Shown one piece after another: positions 39,812 through 50,621 of a DNA stretch of 64,000 nucleotides. Every line of letters begins with the position of its first letter. The first letter of the stretch is position 1. The notes beneath the pieces are model-generated. The model did no database searches, had not been told where the DNA came from, and worked only from the letters and a program-made list of their open reading frames with translations. The stretch spans positions 87,582 to 151,581 of the forward strand of contig CAYTGV010000002.1 of NCBI GenBank assembly GCA_964437495.1. The letters run 5' to 3'. This stretch comes from an uncultured Planctomycetia bacterium. GTDB taxonomy: Bacteria; Omnitrophota; Gorgyraeia; B26-G9. A program made the position numbers and the translations under genes.

Positions 39812-39935
39812 ATGTCTATTATTATACCATTAATACTGATAATTAAAACATAAAAAAGACCTTAGATACTAGGGGTGGTTTCAGGAAAAACATATCTTAA
39901 ATATCCCTTTGAATCTAGGCCCTGATAATACAGTT

Positions 39936-41252
39936 TTAATCGCCTAAAGAAAACATCAACACTGCTTCAGCCACTACCTTATTTTCGACCATAGCCCGTC
40001 CATATGCCTGTCCAACTTTAGATCTAAGCTTAAGTACAGACACTTCAAAACGAAGCTGGTCTCCAGGTAATACCATTCGCCTGAATTTAACTTTATCGAT
40101 ACTCATAAAATAAGCACGCTTGCCTAAATTATCACGTTTACTTAGAAGTAACACACCGACAACCTGTGCCATTGCCTCTACGATCAATACTCCCGGCATT
40201 ACTGGGCTCCCGGGGAAATGCCCTTGAAAAAATTGCTCATTTATAGTTACATTTTTAATCCCAACTGCATATTTATCCTCTTTGATTTCCAGTATTCTGT
40301 CTACCAGTAAAAATGGATAACGATGCGGCAGGATTCTTTTTATCTCATTAATATCAAGCGGTGCAATATTGCTAATCCCCTCTGAGCTGACACTAATACT
40401 TGCCTGAGTCTGTCTATCATGTAAATGTTTAATCTTTTTCAATAGCTTGATATTCAAAGGATGACCGCTTTTTATGCCGATAACATGTCCTTTTAACGGA
40501 TGGCCTAATAGGTACAAATCACCAATAAGATCGCAAATTTTATGCCGCACAAATTCATCTTCAAAGCGAAGTGTATTTTCAACTATACCATCTGCTCCGA
40601 CAACAACAGTATTTTCATAGTTTGCTCCCTTGCCTAAGCCTTGTCTGGTAAGCTCTTCGGCCTCCTCCTGAAGACAGAAAGTTCGACTTGGCGCCAGATC
40701 TTTTTCAAATACTTCCGGAGAGAACTCAAATGAAGCATATTGTGATTTAAGCAAGGAATTAGGATAACTCATTGTGTAAGAAATACGAAAATCATTAGCC
40801 GGAAGAATCATCAGAGAGCTATCACCTTCCTCCATATATAGAGGCTCTTTAGGCTGAAAATACTTTCTTGGTGAATTAAGCTCCTTTACCCCTGCCTTTT
40901 TTAACAGCTCCAGAAAAGGCAAAGCACTACCATCGAGACCAGGTAATTCCTCTGCATCCATCTCAATAGTAATATTATCTATACCAAATCCCATTAAAGC
41001 AGCCAATAAATGCTCAATAGTATGAATTTCTACATTTTGAATCCCAAGAGAGGTTCGGCGGGGTCTTTCAATAAGATTAGACATATGCGCTTTAATACAC
41101 GGCTTATTCTCAAGATCAGTTCTTACAAATTCAATACCCTGATTCTCTCCAGCAGGTTTATATTTAATATTAACTTTTTTACCTGTATGTAATCCTATGC
41201 CGCTAAGCCCTATAGAGTTACTAATTGTGCACTGATACTGGGGTTTAACCAT
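39936..41252 (-). CDS. lpxC-fabZ: Bifunctional LpxC-FabZ
   Basis: [25 protein letters not shown]; then [31 protein letters not shown]. Confidence 0.95.
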   Translation of the reverse strand: MVKPQYQCTISNSIGLSGIGLHTGKKVNIKYKPAGENQGIEFVRTDLENKPCIKAHMSNLIERPRRTSLGIQNVEIHTIEHLLAALMGFGIDNITIEMDAEELPGLDGSALPFLELLKKAGVKELNSPRKYFQPKEPLYMEEGDSSLMILPANDFRISYTMSYPNSLLKSQYASFEFSPEVFEKDLAPSRTFCLQEEAEELTRQGLGKGANYENTVVVGADGIVENTLRFEDEFVRHKICDLIGDLYLLGHPLKGHVIGIKSGHPLNIKLLKKIKHLHDRQTQASISVSSEGISNIAPLDINEIKRILPHRYPFLLVDRILEIKEDKYAVGIKNVTINEQFFQGHFPGSPVMPGVLIVEAMAQVVGVLLLSKRDNLGKRAYFMSIDKVKFRRMVLPGDQLRFEVSVLKLRSKVGQAYGRAMVENKVVAEAVLMFSLGD

Positions 41253-42288
41253 TTTTTTCCTTTAAAGCATTCTCCAAAACAGTAATTTTTTCTTCTAATT
41301 TATTTACTAACTTGTATAAATCAGGAAGTTTTTGAACGCAAGCATTGATTCTTTTAGCCTTCTTATGCGGTTTGGCTGGATAACCGGAAACACATGTATT
41401 TTCAGGGACCGATTTTGTAACCCCGGCCTGAGCAGCTACCACAGCATTATCACCAATGCTAATATGGCCAATAATCCCGGTTTGTCCTGCCAAGGTAACG
41501 TTTTTCCCAATAATTGTGCTGCCGGATATACCTGTTTGAGCCACAATTATTGAATTCTCCCCGATCACAACATTATGCGCTATCTGAACCAGATTATCGA
41601 TCTTAGTCCCATGTTTTATCAATGTTTTATCAAAACGAGCCCTATCAATAGTTACATTAGAACCGATCTCCACATCATCTTCAATAATCACATTACCAAT
41701 CTGCGGTATTTTATGATGAAATCCTTTTACTGTTGCAAAACCAAATCCATCGCTTCCGACAACAGTTCCGCTATGAACAATAACCCTGTCACCAATAATA
41801 ACCTTTTCTCTGATCGTTACAAGCGAATAGATAATAGTATCTTTACCTATTTTAGTATTATTGCCAATAAAACATCCTGATCCTATAACAGTATTCTCGC
41901 CTATATCTGAATTATCTTCAATAACTACATATGGTTGAATAGAAATATTCTTGCCAAAATTAACATTCTTTCCGACAACAGCTGTAGGATGTATTCCTAC
42001 ATAGCGAACGGTATCGTTAGGAAAAACTAATGATAGTAATTTTGCAAATGCAAGCGATGGGTTCTCAGCTAAAATAAGCGGCTTAGGTGCCTTTTTAACA
42101 TCAGGGCTTGTAATAATCGCTGAAGCATTGGTATGATCCATCAAGGAAACATACTTAGGATTAGCAACAAAAGTTATATCTCCCTGCTTTGCCTCTTTTA
42201 TGCCGCATACCCCGTAAATCTCGACATTCTCATCGCCAACTACTGAACCACCAATAAGTTGAGCTATTTCCTTCAAAGTCTTTTTCAT
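41245..42288 (-). CDS. lpxD: UDP-3-O-acylglucosamine N-acyltransferase
   Basis: [26 protein letters not shown]. Confidence 0.95.
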   Translation of the reverse strand: MKKTLKEIAQLIGGSVVGDENVEIYGVCGIKEAKQGDITFVANPKYVSLMDHTNASAIITSPDVKKAPKPLILAENPSLAFAKLLSLVFPNDTVRYVGIHPTAVVGKNVNFGKNISIQPYVVIEDNSDIGENTVIGSGCFIGNNTKIGKDTIIYSLVTIREKVIIGDRVIVHSGTVVGSDGFGFATVKGFHHKIPQIGNVIIEDDVEIGSNVTIDRARFDKTLIKHGTKIDNLVQIAHNVVIGENSIIVAQTGISGSTIIGKNVTLAGQTGIIGHISIGDNAVVAAQAGVTKSVPENTCVSGYPAKPHKKAKRINACVQKLPDLYKLVNKLEEKITVLENALKEKNG

Positions 42289-42306
42289 TGCTTTTCCTTT
42301 TTACTT

Positions 42307-42789
42307 CTATTTTTTGTAGCGCTTATTAAGTATTTCAGAAACCTCATCGGTCAAATCCATTTCCTTGGGGCCGTCCAAAATTAGTCTGTCATCAATAATG
42401 TAGGTTAATTTTTTCTTCTTCCGCAGTTCCATGGAAACATTTTCAATATCCTTTAATATCTCTCTGAGTATCCGATCCTCATCTTTGCGAACCTCAAATG
42501 TACGCTTACGTATTTCTTCCTGCTTTGCAAGCATCTGATTCTTTCTCTCTTCCTGCGCCGCTGGGCTAAGAGTATCAAAACCCTCTTTGAGCTTGTTGAT
42601 TTCCTCAATAACTTTCTTAATACCTTCTTTTACTTTATCAATCTCTTTATTAGAATCTGCAACTTTATTATAATCCTCAAAGATTTTACCCAGAGTAACA
42701 TATCCTATCTTAGAAGTTCCCGCAAAAGCAATATTCTGAACTGCTAGAATTGATATCAACAAAACCACCAAAAATGTCAACTTTTTCAT
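42307..42789 (-). CDS. skp: Skp/OmpH periplasmic chaperone
   Basis: Signal peptide, KIGYV, coiled coil, DLTDEV; lies between bamA and lpxD. Confidence 0.8.
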   Translation of the reverse strand: MKKLTFLVVLLISILAVQNIAFAGTSKIGYVTLGKIFEDYNKVADSNKEIDKVKEGIKKVIEEINKLKEGFDTLSPAAQEERKNQMLAKQEEIRKRTFEVRKDEDRILREILKDIENVSMELRKKKKLTYIIDDRLILDGPKEMDLTDEVSEILNKRYKK

Positions 42790-42821
42790 ATTTCCCTCCT
42801 CATGGGTTAATTATTTGTTTT

Positions 42822-42849
42822 ATTGTACCACACAGCAAAAATTTGTCAA
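42822..42849 (-). promoter_or_regulatory. Internal promoter for skp-lpxD
   Basis: TTGACA-N16-TACAAT with TG. Confidence 0.55.
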
Positions 42850-42884
42850 TCGTATTATCCTAAGCATTAAATCTTGGATTCAAG

Positions 42885-45161
42885 CTAAAATTGCTGACTC
42901 ATGGAAAAATGGAATCTACCTGCATTATCCCCTTCTTTGGGGTCCAAGGCATATCCATAATCAAGTTTTATAGGTCCCAGAGGTGTTTTAACACGAATCC
43001 CAGTTCCAATACTAGATCTTAGTTTCAAATTACCCCAGACAAAATCTCCATGGGTTGCCCAAACATTTCCATTATCGTAAAAGAATGCCCATTTCAGACC
43101 AGGACTAATCTGATAAATGTATTCAGCATTAAATAGCCCCCTTAGCCTGCCGCCGATAGGGTCCCCAAACTCACCTTCAGGGCCAACTCGCCTTTCTTTA
43201 TATCCCCTGATTGTATTTGCCCCACCTGCATAAAAACGCTCATAAACAGGAACATATACTGAATCATCAAATGCCTCTACCATTCCCAGTCGCAGGCCCA
43301 ACTCAAGAACTGCCTTTTGCCCTATAGGGAAATAATTATAATTTGAGGTTTCATATTTTATGAAATCCTTGTCTCCTTCAAGCATCCCTCCGGCATATTC
43401 GCAAGAAAGTATATTATACAAACCAGTTGTAGGATTAAACCTATTGTCACGAGAATCATGGATAAGAGACGTCTGCAAGCTGCTGATGAAATTCTTTCCC
43501 TCTTCTCTTGCTACATCAATACTTGTATCTGTCTGCATATCACCAATACGAACGCCTTCATAGCGATAAGTTAATCGTCCTCTCCAATATTCACCAAATT
43601 CACGGCCAACAAAAATATTTCCTCCTGTACGCTTTTCATCATATTTATCCCAATACCTTGAACGGCTATACACACTAAATCCTGTGCTTACAGGATATCC
43701 TAAAAACCAGGGCTCCATAAAACTAAGCTCATAATCTTTTCTCTCCGAACCAATTTCCATATTTATCCCAAGAGTCTGACCCGCACCGGAAAATCCGGGG
43801 AAGTTAAAAAGATCAAAATTTTTCTGCGTAAGATTGACGAATCCTATAAACTGGTCAATTGAGCTGTATCCTGCTCCAAAACTAAACTCTCCTGTTTTAC
43901 TTTCCTTCACAAAAACATCAAGATCATATTTATCCGGCAGAGTTGTCGGCTCTTCCTTTGTATCAAAGCTTACTTCTTCAAAAAACCCTAGATTCTGGAT
44001 TCGCTGTCGGCTTCTTCTTAATTTATCTCCATTATATCTATCCCCAGGAAACAGTCTCATCTCTCTTCGCAGGACAACATCCTTTGTCCGAGTATTTCCG
44101 CTGAGGTTAATCTTATCCACATATGCGATCTCGCCTTCGCTAACCCCATAACTAACATCAACATTTCCGGTCTCGGAATTAAGAACTGTATCAGCCTTTA
44201 CGGAAGCCGCTATATAACCTTCATCGAAATAATCGCTTTGTATTTTAGACGTATCTGCACGTAGTTTGGCCTCACTATAAACCTCTCCACCGGACAATTT
44301 AAATCCCTCTTTTAACTTCTCTTTCGCAAAGACGCTATTTCCGTAAATATCTACATTACCCACTTTATATTGCTTACCCTCTTTAATTTCAAAAGTAATA
44401 AACATCCATGGCCTCTTATCATCATAGGTTATGTTTGTAGAAACCTGGGCATCGATAAAACCTTCAAATTGATAAAATCCCCTTATCCTATCCTCATCTT
44501 CAGACAAAACATCCTCTTTGAAAAACCCGGAATTAAACCATCCTTTTTTCTTTGTTTTAATCAGTTTAAAAAACTTTTTATCTCGATAAGAATCGCTTCC
44601 CTTAAAAATGATCTTTCTAATCCTGATACGTGCTCCTTCAAAAATGTCTATTATTATTACTACTTTATTATCTTTTTCCGTAATATCATATTTAATAACC
44701 GCTTGAGAATATCCTTTTTTAGCATAAAGCTTTTTTAAATTCTCCACATCCTCTTTTAACTTAAATTTATCAAATATTTCTTCCTTTTCAATCTTCATTT
44801 CATTGAAAAGCTTTTTGATTTTAATCCTGCGATTGCCCTTGATTTTTATTTCGGCAATAACTGGTTTTTCCTGCACCTTAAATACAACCTTTACCCCTGT
44901 ATCTAGATCCACAATATCAGCGCTAACATCGCTGAAAAGCCCGGTAGCATAAAGACGCTTTATATCATCACTTAAAGTAACCGCTGAATATTCCGTCTCT
45001 TTTTTGGTTTGAAGTTTAGAAAGAATGGTTTGCTGGGAGACAACTTTATTGTTTACAACTTCAATTTTAACAACTTTGCGCTCAGCCCCCTGTGCATAAA
45101 GAGATCCAGAAATCCCCATAATCAATATTGCGGTAAAAATCATTATATTTTTTATTTTCAT
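42885..45161 (-). CDS. bamA: Outer membrane protein assembly factor BamA
   Basis: POTRA repeats, GNTRTKDVVLRRE, GGANTIRGY, TPLGPIKLDYG, terminal F. Confidence 0.95.
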   Translation of the reverse strand: MKIKNIMIFTAILIMGISGSLYAQGAERKVVKIEVVNNKVVSQQTILSKLQTKKETEYSAVTLSDDIKRLYATGLFSDVSADIVDLDTGVKVVFKVQEKPVIAEIKIKGNRRIKIKKLFNEMKIEKEEIFDKFKLKEDVENLKKLYAKKGYSQAVIKYDITEKDNKVVIIIDIFEGARIRIRKIIFKGSDSYRDKKFFKLIKTKKKGWFNSGFFKEDVLSEDEDRIRGFYQFEGFIDAQVSTNITYDDKRPWMFITFEIKEGKQYKVGNVDIYGNSVFAKEKLKEGFKLSGGEVYSEAKLRADTSKIQSDYFDEGYIAASVKADTVLNSETGNVDVSYGVSEGEIAYVDKINLSGNTRTKDVVLRREMRLFPGDRYNGDKLRRSRQRIQNLGFFEEVSFDTKEEPTTLPDKYDLDVFVKESKTGEFSFGAGYSSIDQFIGFVNLTQKNFDLFNFPGFSGAGQTLGINMEIGSERKDYELSFMEPWFLGYPVSTGFSVYSRSRYWDKYDEKRTGGNIFVGREFGEYWRGRLTYRYEGVRIGDMQTDTSIDVAREEGKNFISSLQTSLIHDSRDNRFNPTTGLYNILSCEYAGGMLEGDKDFIKYETSNYNYFPIGQKAVLELGLRLGMVEAFDDSVYVPVYERFYAGGANTIRGYKERRVGPEGEFGDPIGGRLRGLFNAEYIYQISPGLKWAFFYDNGNVWATHGDFVWGNLKLRSSIGTGIRVKTPLGPIKLDYGYALDPKEGDNAGRFHFSMSQQF

Positions 45162-45164
45162 AAA

Positions 45165-46550
45165 TCACTCTTCTCTTTGTGTACAACTTTCAAATCTGCT
45201 AAATTCTTTCAAGAAAGTTAATTTTTTAATACCAACCGGGCCATTTCTCTGTTTAGCTATATTAACATCCGCCAAGCCCCTGTTCTCCTCTGTCGGAGCA
45301 TAATATTCTTCTCTAAAAAGCAGCATTACCACATCGGCATCCTGTTCAATAGCACCTGAGTCTCTCAGATCAGAAAGCCTTGGCTTATAACCTTCACGTT
45401 GTTCTGTAGCACGTGAAAGCTGGCTTATGACCACAACCGGCACCTTTAATTCACGCGCCAATGCCTTCAGCGACCTGGAAATATCTGATATCTCCTGCTG
45501 CCTGCTTTCAGTTCTGTAACCCGCAGCCTGCATTAACTGCAAATAATCTATGATCAATAATCCGATATTATGCTGCGTTTTTAAACGACGTGCTTTTGCC
45601 CTTATTTCCAAAACATTCATCCCTGGTGTATCATCAATAAAAAGTGGGGCATGAGAAATCTTACCTGCGGCATTTACAAGTTTCCCCCAATGTTCTTGCG
45701 ATAAAAACCCCGTACGTACCGCCTGCATATCTACTCTGGCATGTGAGCAGAGTATTCTCTGCACCAGCGATTCCTTAGACATTTCAAGGCTAAAAATTGC
45801 CGTAGGAATTTTCTCAATAACTGAAGCATGTTCAGCAAATCCACACATAAGGGCGCTTTTTCCCATTGATGGGCGTCCAGCAACAATAATAAGGTCAGCT
45901 GGCTGCAACCCTGCTGTCATCTCATCTATGTCCTGAAATCCAGTAGGAATACCCGTTACCTGTGTTTTTCTCTGGTATAATTTTTCAATTGTTTCTATGC
46001 TATTCTTTATTAACTCTTTAATCGATATAAAGCCGCTTTTGATTTTAGATCCTGAGATTTCAAAAATTTCCTTTTCCGCTCTATCAAGCAGTGCATCCAC
46101 ATCCTGATCCGGCTCATATCCTTCGCTAACAATCTTGGTTGCCGTAGAAATCAGATCCCGTAATACAGCTTTTTCTTTCACAATTTTGGCGTGATGTAAA
46201 ACAGCGCCTGAAGTAGGGACAACATTGACAAGTTCTGTTATATAGCTGGCTCCCCCTACCCGCTCTAAATTAGCATTCTTTCGCAGCTGCTCAGTTAATG
46301 TAATCAAGTCAACTGGCTTACTTTCATTATAAAGACATAGAATTGCCGCAAATATTTTTCTATGACTATCTTTATAAAAAGAATTTTCATCCACTAAATC
46401 AACAATATCAGAAATAGCCTCTTCGTCCAGCAATATCGAACCAAGCACAGCCATCTCTGCTTCAATGTTTTGCGGAGGCACCTTGTCCATTAAAGTTGAT
46501 TCTAATGGCCGCGATGTTTCCCTATTTCTATTTATTCTTTTACCACCCAT
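45165..46550 (-). CDS. dnaB: Replicative DNA helicase
   Basis: PPQNIEAE, GRPSMGKS, IDYLQL, SQLSR, DLRDSGAIEQDAD, KQRNGP; no intein; true start may be 46490. Confidence 0.97.
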   Translation of the reverse strand: MGGKRINRNRETSRPLESTLMDKVPPQNIEAEMAVLGSILLDEEAISDIVDLVDENSFYKDSHRKIFAAILCLYNESKPVDLITLTEQLRKNANLERVGGASYITELVNVVPTSGAVLHHAKIVKEKAVLRDLISTATKIVSEGYEPDQDVDALLDRAEKEIFEISGSKIKSGFISIKELIKNSIETIEKLYQRKTQVTGIPTGFQDIDEMTAGLQPADLIIVAGRPSMGKSALMCGFAEHASVIEKIPTAIFSLEMSKESLVQRILCSHARVDMQAVRTGFLSQEHWGKLVNAAGKISHAPLFIDDTPGMNVLEIRAKARRLKTQHNIGLLIIDYLQLMQAAGYRTESRQQEISDISRSLKALARELKVPVVVISQLSRATEQREGYKPRLSDLRDSGAIEQDADVVMLLFREEYYAPTEENRGLADVNIAKQRNGPVGIKKLTFLKEFSRFESCTQREE

Positions 46551-46972
46551 ACTTTAACCTGCTGTTTAACTTCTGGATGCAATTTAACGAAAACCTGATA
46601 TACGCCTAAAGCCTTAATCGGTTCTTCTAATAAAATATCCCTTTTATCTATCTGTACACCTTCAAGTTGCAATGCTTTAGCAATATCCGCATTTGTTACC
46701 GCTCCATAAAGCTGATCATCTTTCGCCTGCATAACAATGGTGCATGATGCATGCTCAATCTTTTGAGCGATCTCTAATGCCTGTTGTTTTTCCTGGTCCT
46801 GTTTTTTTTGTGCAGCACGTTTATAATCTTCGAAAAGCTTAAGATTACGCTTATTTGCTTCCAATGCTTTCCCCTGGGGGATCAGACAATTACGGGCATA
46901 ACCAGATGCTACCTCAACAACATCACCTGTAACTCCCAGTTTATCTACTTTGACTTTCAATACTACTTTCAT
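46532..46972 (-). CDS. rplI: 50S ribosomal protein L9
   Basis: LGVTGDVVEVASGYARNCLIP, LYGAVT, PIKALG, LHPEV. Confidence 0.95.
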   Translation of the reverse strand: MKVVLKVKVDKLGVTGDVVEVASGYARNCLIPQGKALEANKRNLKLFEDYKRAAQKKQDQEKQQALEIAQKIEHASCTIVMQAKDDQLYGAVTNADIAKALQLEGVQIDKRDILLEEPIKALGVYQVFVKLHPEVKQQVKVWVVKE

Positions 46973-47071
46973 TGCATTAACTCCTGTTTTTTCTGTGAAT
47001 ATAAAAGTCAAAAACGCTTAAAAAACTAATAGCCTTCGGCGCCTTTACTTCGTTTAGTATTAAATTTTTAT

Positions 47072-47344
47072 TTATTCAGCAGTATACGGTAATAACGCAA
47101 GATAGCGGGCTCTTTTAATCGCCTGAGCAAGTTTTCTTTGATGTTTTGCGCATGTTCCGCTAACTCTGGAAGGAACAATTTTTCCTCTTTCCGTGACAAA
47201 TTTTATCAATTTATTCACTTCTTTATAATCAACCATATCAACCTTATCTACACAAAAACGGCACACTCTTTTTTTAAAAAATCCTGGTTTCTTAAAATTC
47301 TTTTTAGGTTTCCTCGGTCCCTTGCTACTTACTTTAGTTTTCAT
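47072..47344 (-). CDS. rpsR: 30S ribosomal protein S18 (Zn-binding form)
   Basis: CRFC, DYK, ERGKIVP, CAKHQR, AIKRAR. Confidence 0.97.
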   Translation of the reverse strand: MKTKVSSKGPRKPKKNFKKPGFFKKRVCRFCVDKVDMVDYKEVNKLIKFVTERGKIVPSRVSGTCAKHQRKLAQAIKRARYLALLPYTAE

Positions 47345-47381
47345 TTAGCTATCACTCCTCGTTAAATTTGAATAATCATTG

Positions 47382-47837
47382 TTAAAATGGAACTTGTTCA
47401 TCCTGTTTATTTTCCAAAGATAAATCATTAAGACCATCGAGTTCTGCAACCATATTATCTGCCGGGGGTTCGGCCGAAAAATCTTTTTTCTGCTGTTCAT
47501 TAGATTTTCCTTTACCCAAGAACTGTACATTCTGAGCAACAACCTCCATAGTATTGCGTTTAGTTCCGTCCTGTGCCTGCCAGGAACGACTTTGCAATCT
47601 ACCTTCTACGCATACAGATCTTCCTTTAAAAAGATACTCTCCACAGATTTGAGCCAATTTTGCCCAGCAAACTATACGGACATAACACACATCTTCTTTT
47701 TTTTCACCAGTAGTACTGTTAAAAACTCTGCCTATAGCAATACTAAAAGTAGTCACTGCTGTTCCGTTTGGAGCATACCGCAATTCAGGATCCCGGGTTA
47801 AATTGCCCATAAGTATAACTTTATTTAGATTAGCCAT
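47382..47837 (-). CDS. ssb: Single-stranded DNA-binding protein
   Basis: NKVILMGNLTRDPELRY, VEGRLQSRSW, acidic tail ending VPF. Confidence 0.96.
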   Translation of the reverse strand: MANLNKVILMGNLTRDPELRYAPNGTAVTTFSIAIGRVFNSTTGEKKEDVCYVRIVCWAKLAQICGEYLFKGRSVCVEGRLQSRSWQAQDGTKRNTMEVVAQNVQFLGKGKSNEQQKKDFSAEPPADNMVAELDGLNDLSLENKQDEQVPF

Positions 47838-47846
47838 TTTCCCTCC

Positions 47847-48134
47847 TTACGATTCTTTCCTGATGATTAATACCCTTAGTATTGAATCATTAAGTTTAAA
47901 AATACCCTCTATCTTTTTAACAGTTTCAGCTGCCAATTTAAAAAGCACCAGATAGTATGTCCCCTCGCTCTGCTTGTTTATCAGAAAGGTAAACTTCCGC
48001 TTGCCCCAGGTCTGGACATCTTCAACCTCTCCCTTGTGTTTGGTAATAACTTCTTTAATCTCATCAACCAGCTTTTCCTGCGCATCATTTTCCAGGTTAG
48101 GCCTAAAAATAAAAACTGCTTCATAATTATTCAT
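47847..48134 (-). CDS. rpsF: 30S ribosomal protein S6
   Basis: YEAVFIFRP, WGKRK, GTY, ILR. Confidence 0.93.
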   Translation of the reverse strand: MNNYEAVFIFRPNLENDAQEKLVDEIKEVITKHKGEVEDVQTWGKRKFTFLINKQSEGTYYLVLFKLAAETVKKIEGIFKLNDSILRVLIIRKES

Positions 48135-48717
48135 GATTAGAAATTTCCCTCCTTCTTTCATTGTGTCTGTTCATAGCAAAATCTATATCTTTAATAAACC
48201 AATCTAAAACAGCCTCTGCCGCCAATTCTACTGTTTCATTTTTCATTTTAACCTCTTCTTTTACCTTAAAGGCACTTAACACATACTTGGAAAGCTCTTT
48301 ATGCTCTTTTTGATTATCTATGCCAAAACGCAGGCGGCTAAAATCTTTTTTCCCAAGCGTTTCGATAATAGAACGCATTCCATTATGGCCTCCGGCACCG
48401 CCTTGTGATTTAAGCCTAATATCACCCAATTTTAAGCTGATATCATCATAAACTATTAAAATATCATCGAGTGTTACCTTGAAATAATCAGCGAAGCCTC
48501 TAACTGTATTTCCGCTTAGATTCATATAAGTCAAGGGTTTAACAAGAATAAATACTTTATTTTTATACTTGCCTTGAGCCCATCTAGAATTGAATTTGCG
48601 TTTATTAAATGTAGCCTTAAAAAACTCGGCTACTTTATCTAAAACCCAGAAACCAGCATTATGCTTGGTATTTTTATAACAGAAATCCGGGTTGCCTAGT
48701 CCAACAATTAGTTTCAT
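48127..48717 (-). CDS. pth: Peptidyl-tRNA hydrolase
   Basis: GLGNP, TKHNAGF, KPLTYMNLSG, GGHNG. Confidence 0.95.
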   Translation of the reverse strand: MKLIVGLGNPDFCYKNTKHNAGFWVLDKVAEFFKATFNKRKFNSRWAQGKYKNKVFILVKPLTYMNLSGNTVRGFADYFKVTLDDILIVYDDISLKLGDIRLKSQGGAGGHNGMRSIIETLGKKDFSRLRFGIDNQKEHKELSKYVLSAFKVKEEVKMKNETVELAAEAVLDWFIKDIDFAMNRHNERRREISNHE

Positions 48718-48785
48718 CTTAATTATCAGCTATTAATTTTCAGTTCCAAAAAATCATAAAATCTCTTAAACTGAAAATATTAAGT

Positions 48786-49448
48786 TCATTTTTTAGCTGA
48801 GTCTTCTCCTTCTTCTGTCTTACCCTTCTTTATGACTAAAGGTTCATCAGATTCCTCTACTTCTTTTATTTCTTCCTCTTTTTCTGCTGCTTCAAATTTA
48901 ACCAAAATTACTACTTGCTCTGGATCATTGATTATTTTATAATCTCCATCAATTGATAACCCTTTAACATGTATCACATCACCAATTTTCATATTTGACA
49001 CATCCACGACAATTTCCTTTGGAATATTAGTAGGCAAACTTTCGACTTCGACTTCTCTTAAGACATGCTCAAGATTTCCACCTTCTTTAACCCCAGGGGC
49101 ATCTGCGTCGCCTTTGGTCTTAACAGAAATATGCACACAGATCTTTTCATCAAGCTTGATCTTCTGGAAATCGATATGAATAACCCTTGATTTTACTGTA
49201 TCATATTGTATTTCCTTTATGATTACCGGATTATCATTATCAACTCCTTCTGCCTTTAGGCCGACAATGGCCGTTTCCCCATACTTATGCAGAAATTTAA
49301 TAAACTCTCTAGAATCAACACTTACCTGTTTCGGCGCATCATGCTTAGCATAAATCACTGCAGGAACAATGCCCTTAGCTCTCAATTTCTTGGCTGCAGA
49401 TGTGCCTATTTCTTGCCTTGCTTTTACATTTAATATTGCTTTTTCCAC
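48786..49448 (-). CDS. rplY: 50S ribosomal protein L25/Ctc (long form)
   Basis: PAVIY, HIDF, GVKEGG, IPKEI; GTG start. Confidence 0.93.
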   Translation of the reverse strand: MEKAILNVKARQEIGTSAAKKLRAKGIVPAVIYAKHDAPKQVSVDSREFIKFLHKYGETAIVGLKAEGVDNDNPVIIKEIQYDTVKSRVIHIDFQKIKLDEKICVHISVKTKGDADAPGVKEGGNLEHVLREVEVESLPTNIPKEIVVDVSNMKIGDVIHVKGLSIDGDYKIINDPEQVVILVKFEAAEKEEEIKEVEESDEPLVIKKGKTEEGEDSAKK

Positions 49449-49603
49449 TTATTTTCCTCCGTCAATGAGTGCATAGTTCATGGAGACATATCCGACATAA
49501 ATTATATGCGCCGATTGAATCTAGCCCTTTTTTATTTCGAGCTTTTTACATCTTGGTTTAATTAACGCTTACTAATCACTAAAAACTTATTTGAAATATC
49601 TAA

Positions 49604-49620
49604 CCCGCCAAAAAGGCGGG
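49604..49620. repeat. CCCGCC-AAAAA-GGCGGG mini-hairpin
   Basis: Perfect 6-bp stem; same CCGCC/GGCGG core as the hairpin in the broken tRNA-Val copy. Confidence 0.5.
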
Positions 49621-49633
49621 ATATAATTCATAA

Positions 49634-50572
49634 TTATACAAACAAAGAACTCACTGATTCTTCGTTATGAATACGTTTTATGGCCTCGCCTAAGAGATTG
49701 GCCACACTCAACACCTTTATCTTTGGATTTCTCATCCCGTCATTGACCGGGATAGTATCTGTAACAACTATCTCTTTTAAAGCACTCTTCTCAATCCGCT
49801 CTAGAGCAGGACCAGAAAAAATTCCATGGGTAACTCCTGCATAAACAGCCTTTGCGCCTCTTTCTTTTAAAATATTTGCCGCCTCAGTTATAGATCCCGC
49901 AGTTGCGCACATATCATCTATTAAGATTACTTTTTTGCCTTTTACTTCTCCCAGAACATTCATTACTTCGGCATTAAGTCCATCGATACGTCTTTTATCA
50001 ACTATACCTAAAGGTGCCTCAAGCCGCTTAGCAAATGCTCTTGCCATTTTCACCCCACCTACATCCGGCGAGAATACTACCAGGTCATCACCGGCAAATT
50101 TTTTAAAATGCTCAATTAAAACCGGTGCCGCAAACAAATGATCTACTGGAATATCAAAAAATCCCTGAATCTGCCCAGCATGCAAATCCATTGTTAAAAT
50201 TCTGCTTGCTCCAGCATTTGCTAATAAATTTGCCACAAGTTTTGCCGTAATCGGCACTCTCGGCTGATCCTTTCTGTCCTGCCTGGCATATCCGTAATAA
50301 GGAATAACCGCAGTAATCCGTCCAGCTGAAGACCTGCGCAAGGCATCCATAAGAATAAGTAATTCCATTAAGTTGTCATTTGTCGGAGGACAAGTAGGCT
50401 GGATTACAAAAACATCCTTGCCTCTAACATTCTGGTTCACTTTTATCTGAATCTCCCCCTCACTAAAACGTCCTACTGAGGCATCACCCAAAGGAATACC
50501 TAAACTTTTGCATATATCCTGAGAAAGATTAGGATTTGCATTTCCACTAAAAATCATTACTTTTTCCTGCAT
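49634..50572 (-). CDS. prs: Ribose-phosphate pyrophosphokinase
   Basis: [38 protein letters not shown]. Confidence 0.97.
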   Translation of the reverse strand: MQEKVMIFSGNANPNLSQDICKSLGIPLGDASVGRFSEGEIQIKVNQNVRGKDVFVIQPTCPPTNDNLMELLILMDALRRSSAGRITAVIPYYGYARQDRKDQPRVPITAKLVANLLANAGASRILTMDLHAGQIQGFFDIPVDHLFAAPVLIEHFKKFAGDDLVVFSPDVGGVKMARAFAKRLEAPLGIVDKRRIDGLNAEVMNVLGEVKGKKVILIDDMCATAGSITEAANILKERGAKAVYAGVTHGIFSGPALERIEKSALKEIVVTDTIPVNDGMRNPKIKVLSVANLLGEAIKRIHNEESVSSLFV

Positions 50573-50621
50573 AGTTATCAACCTCTTAATTTTAATGTTT
50601 CGCTATTTATCGTTTTATTGC

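Noticed and set aside
39936-41252. LpxC-FabZ fusion as a novelty
   Set aside because: Known in Bacteroidetes, Chlorobi and several other lineages.
17240-44125. DnaA-box matches (TTATCCACA near 17240, 39501 and 44113; TGTGGATAA near 39131)
   Set aside because: Isolated and inside coding regions; no oriC-like cluster.
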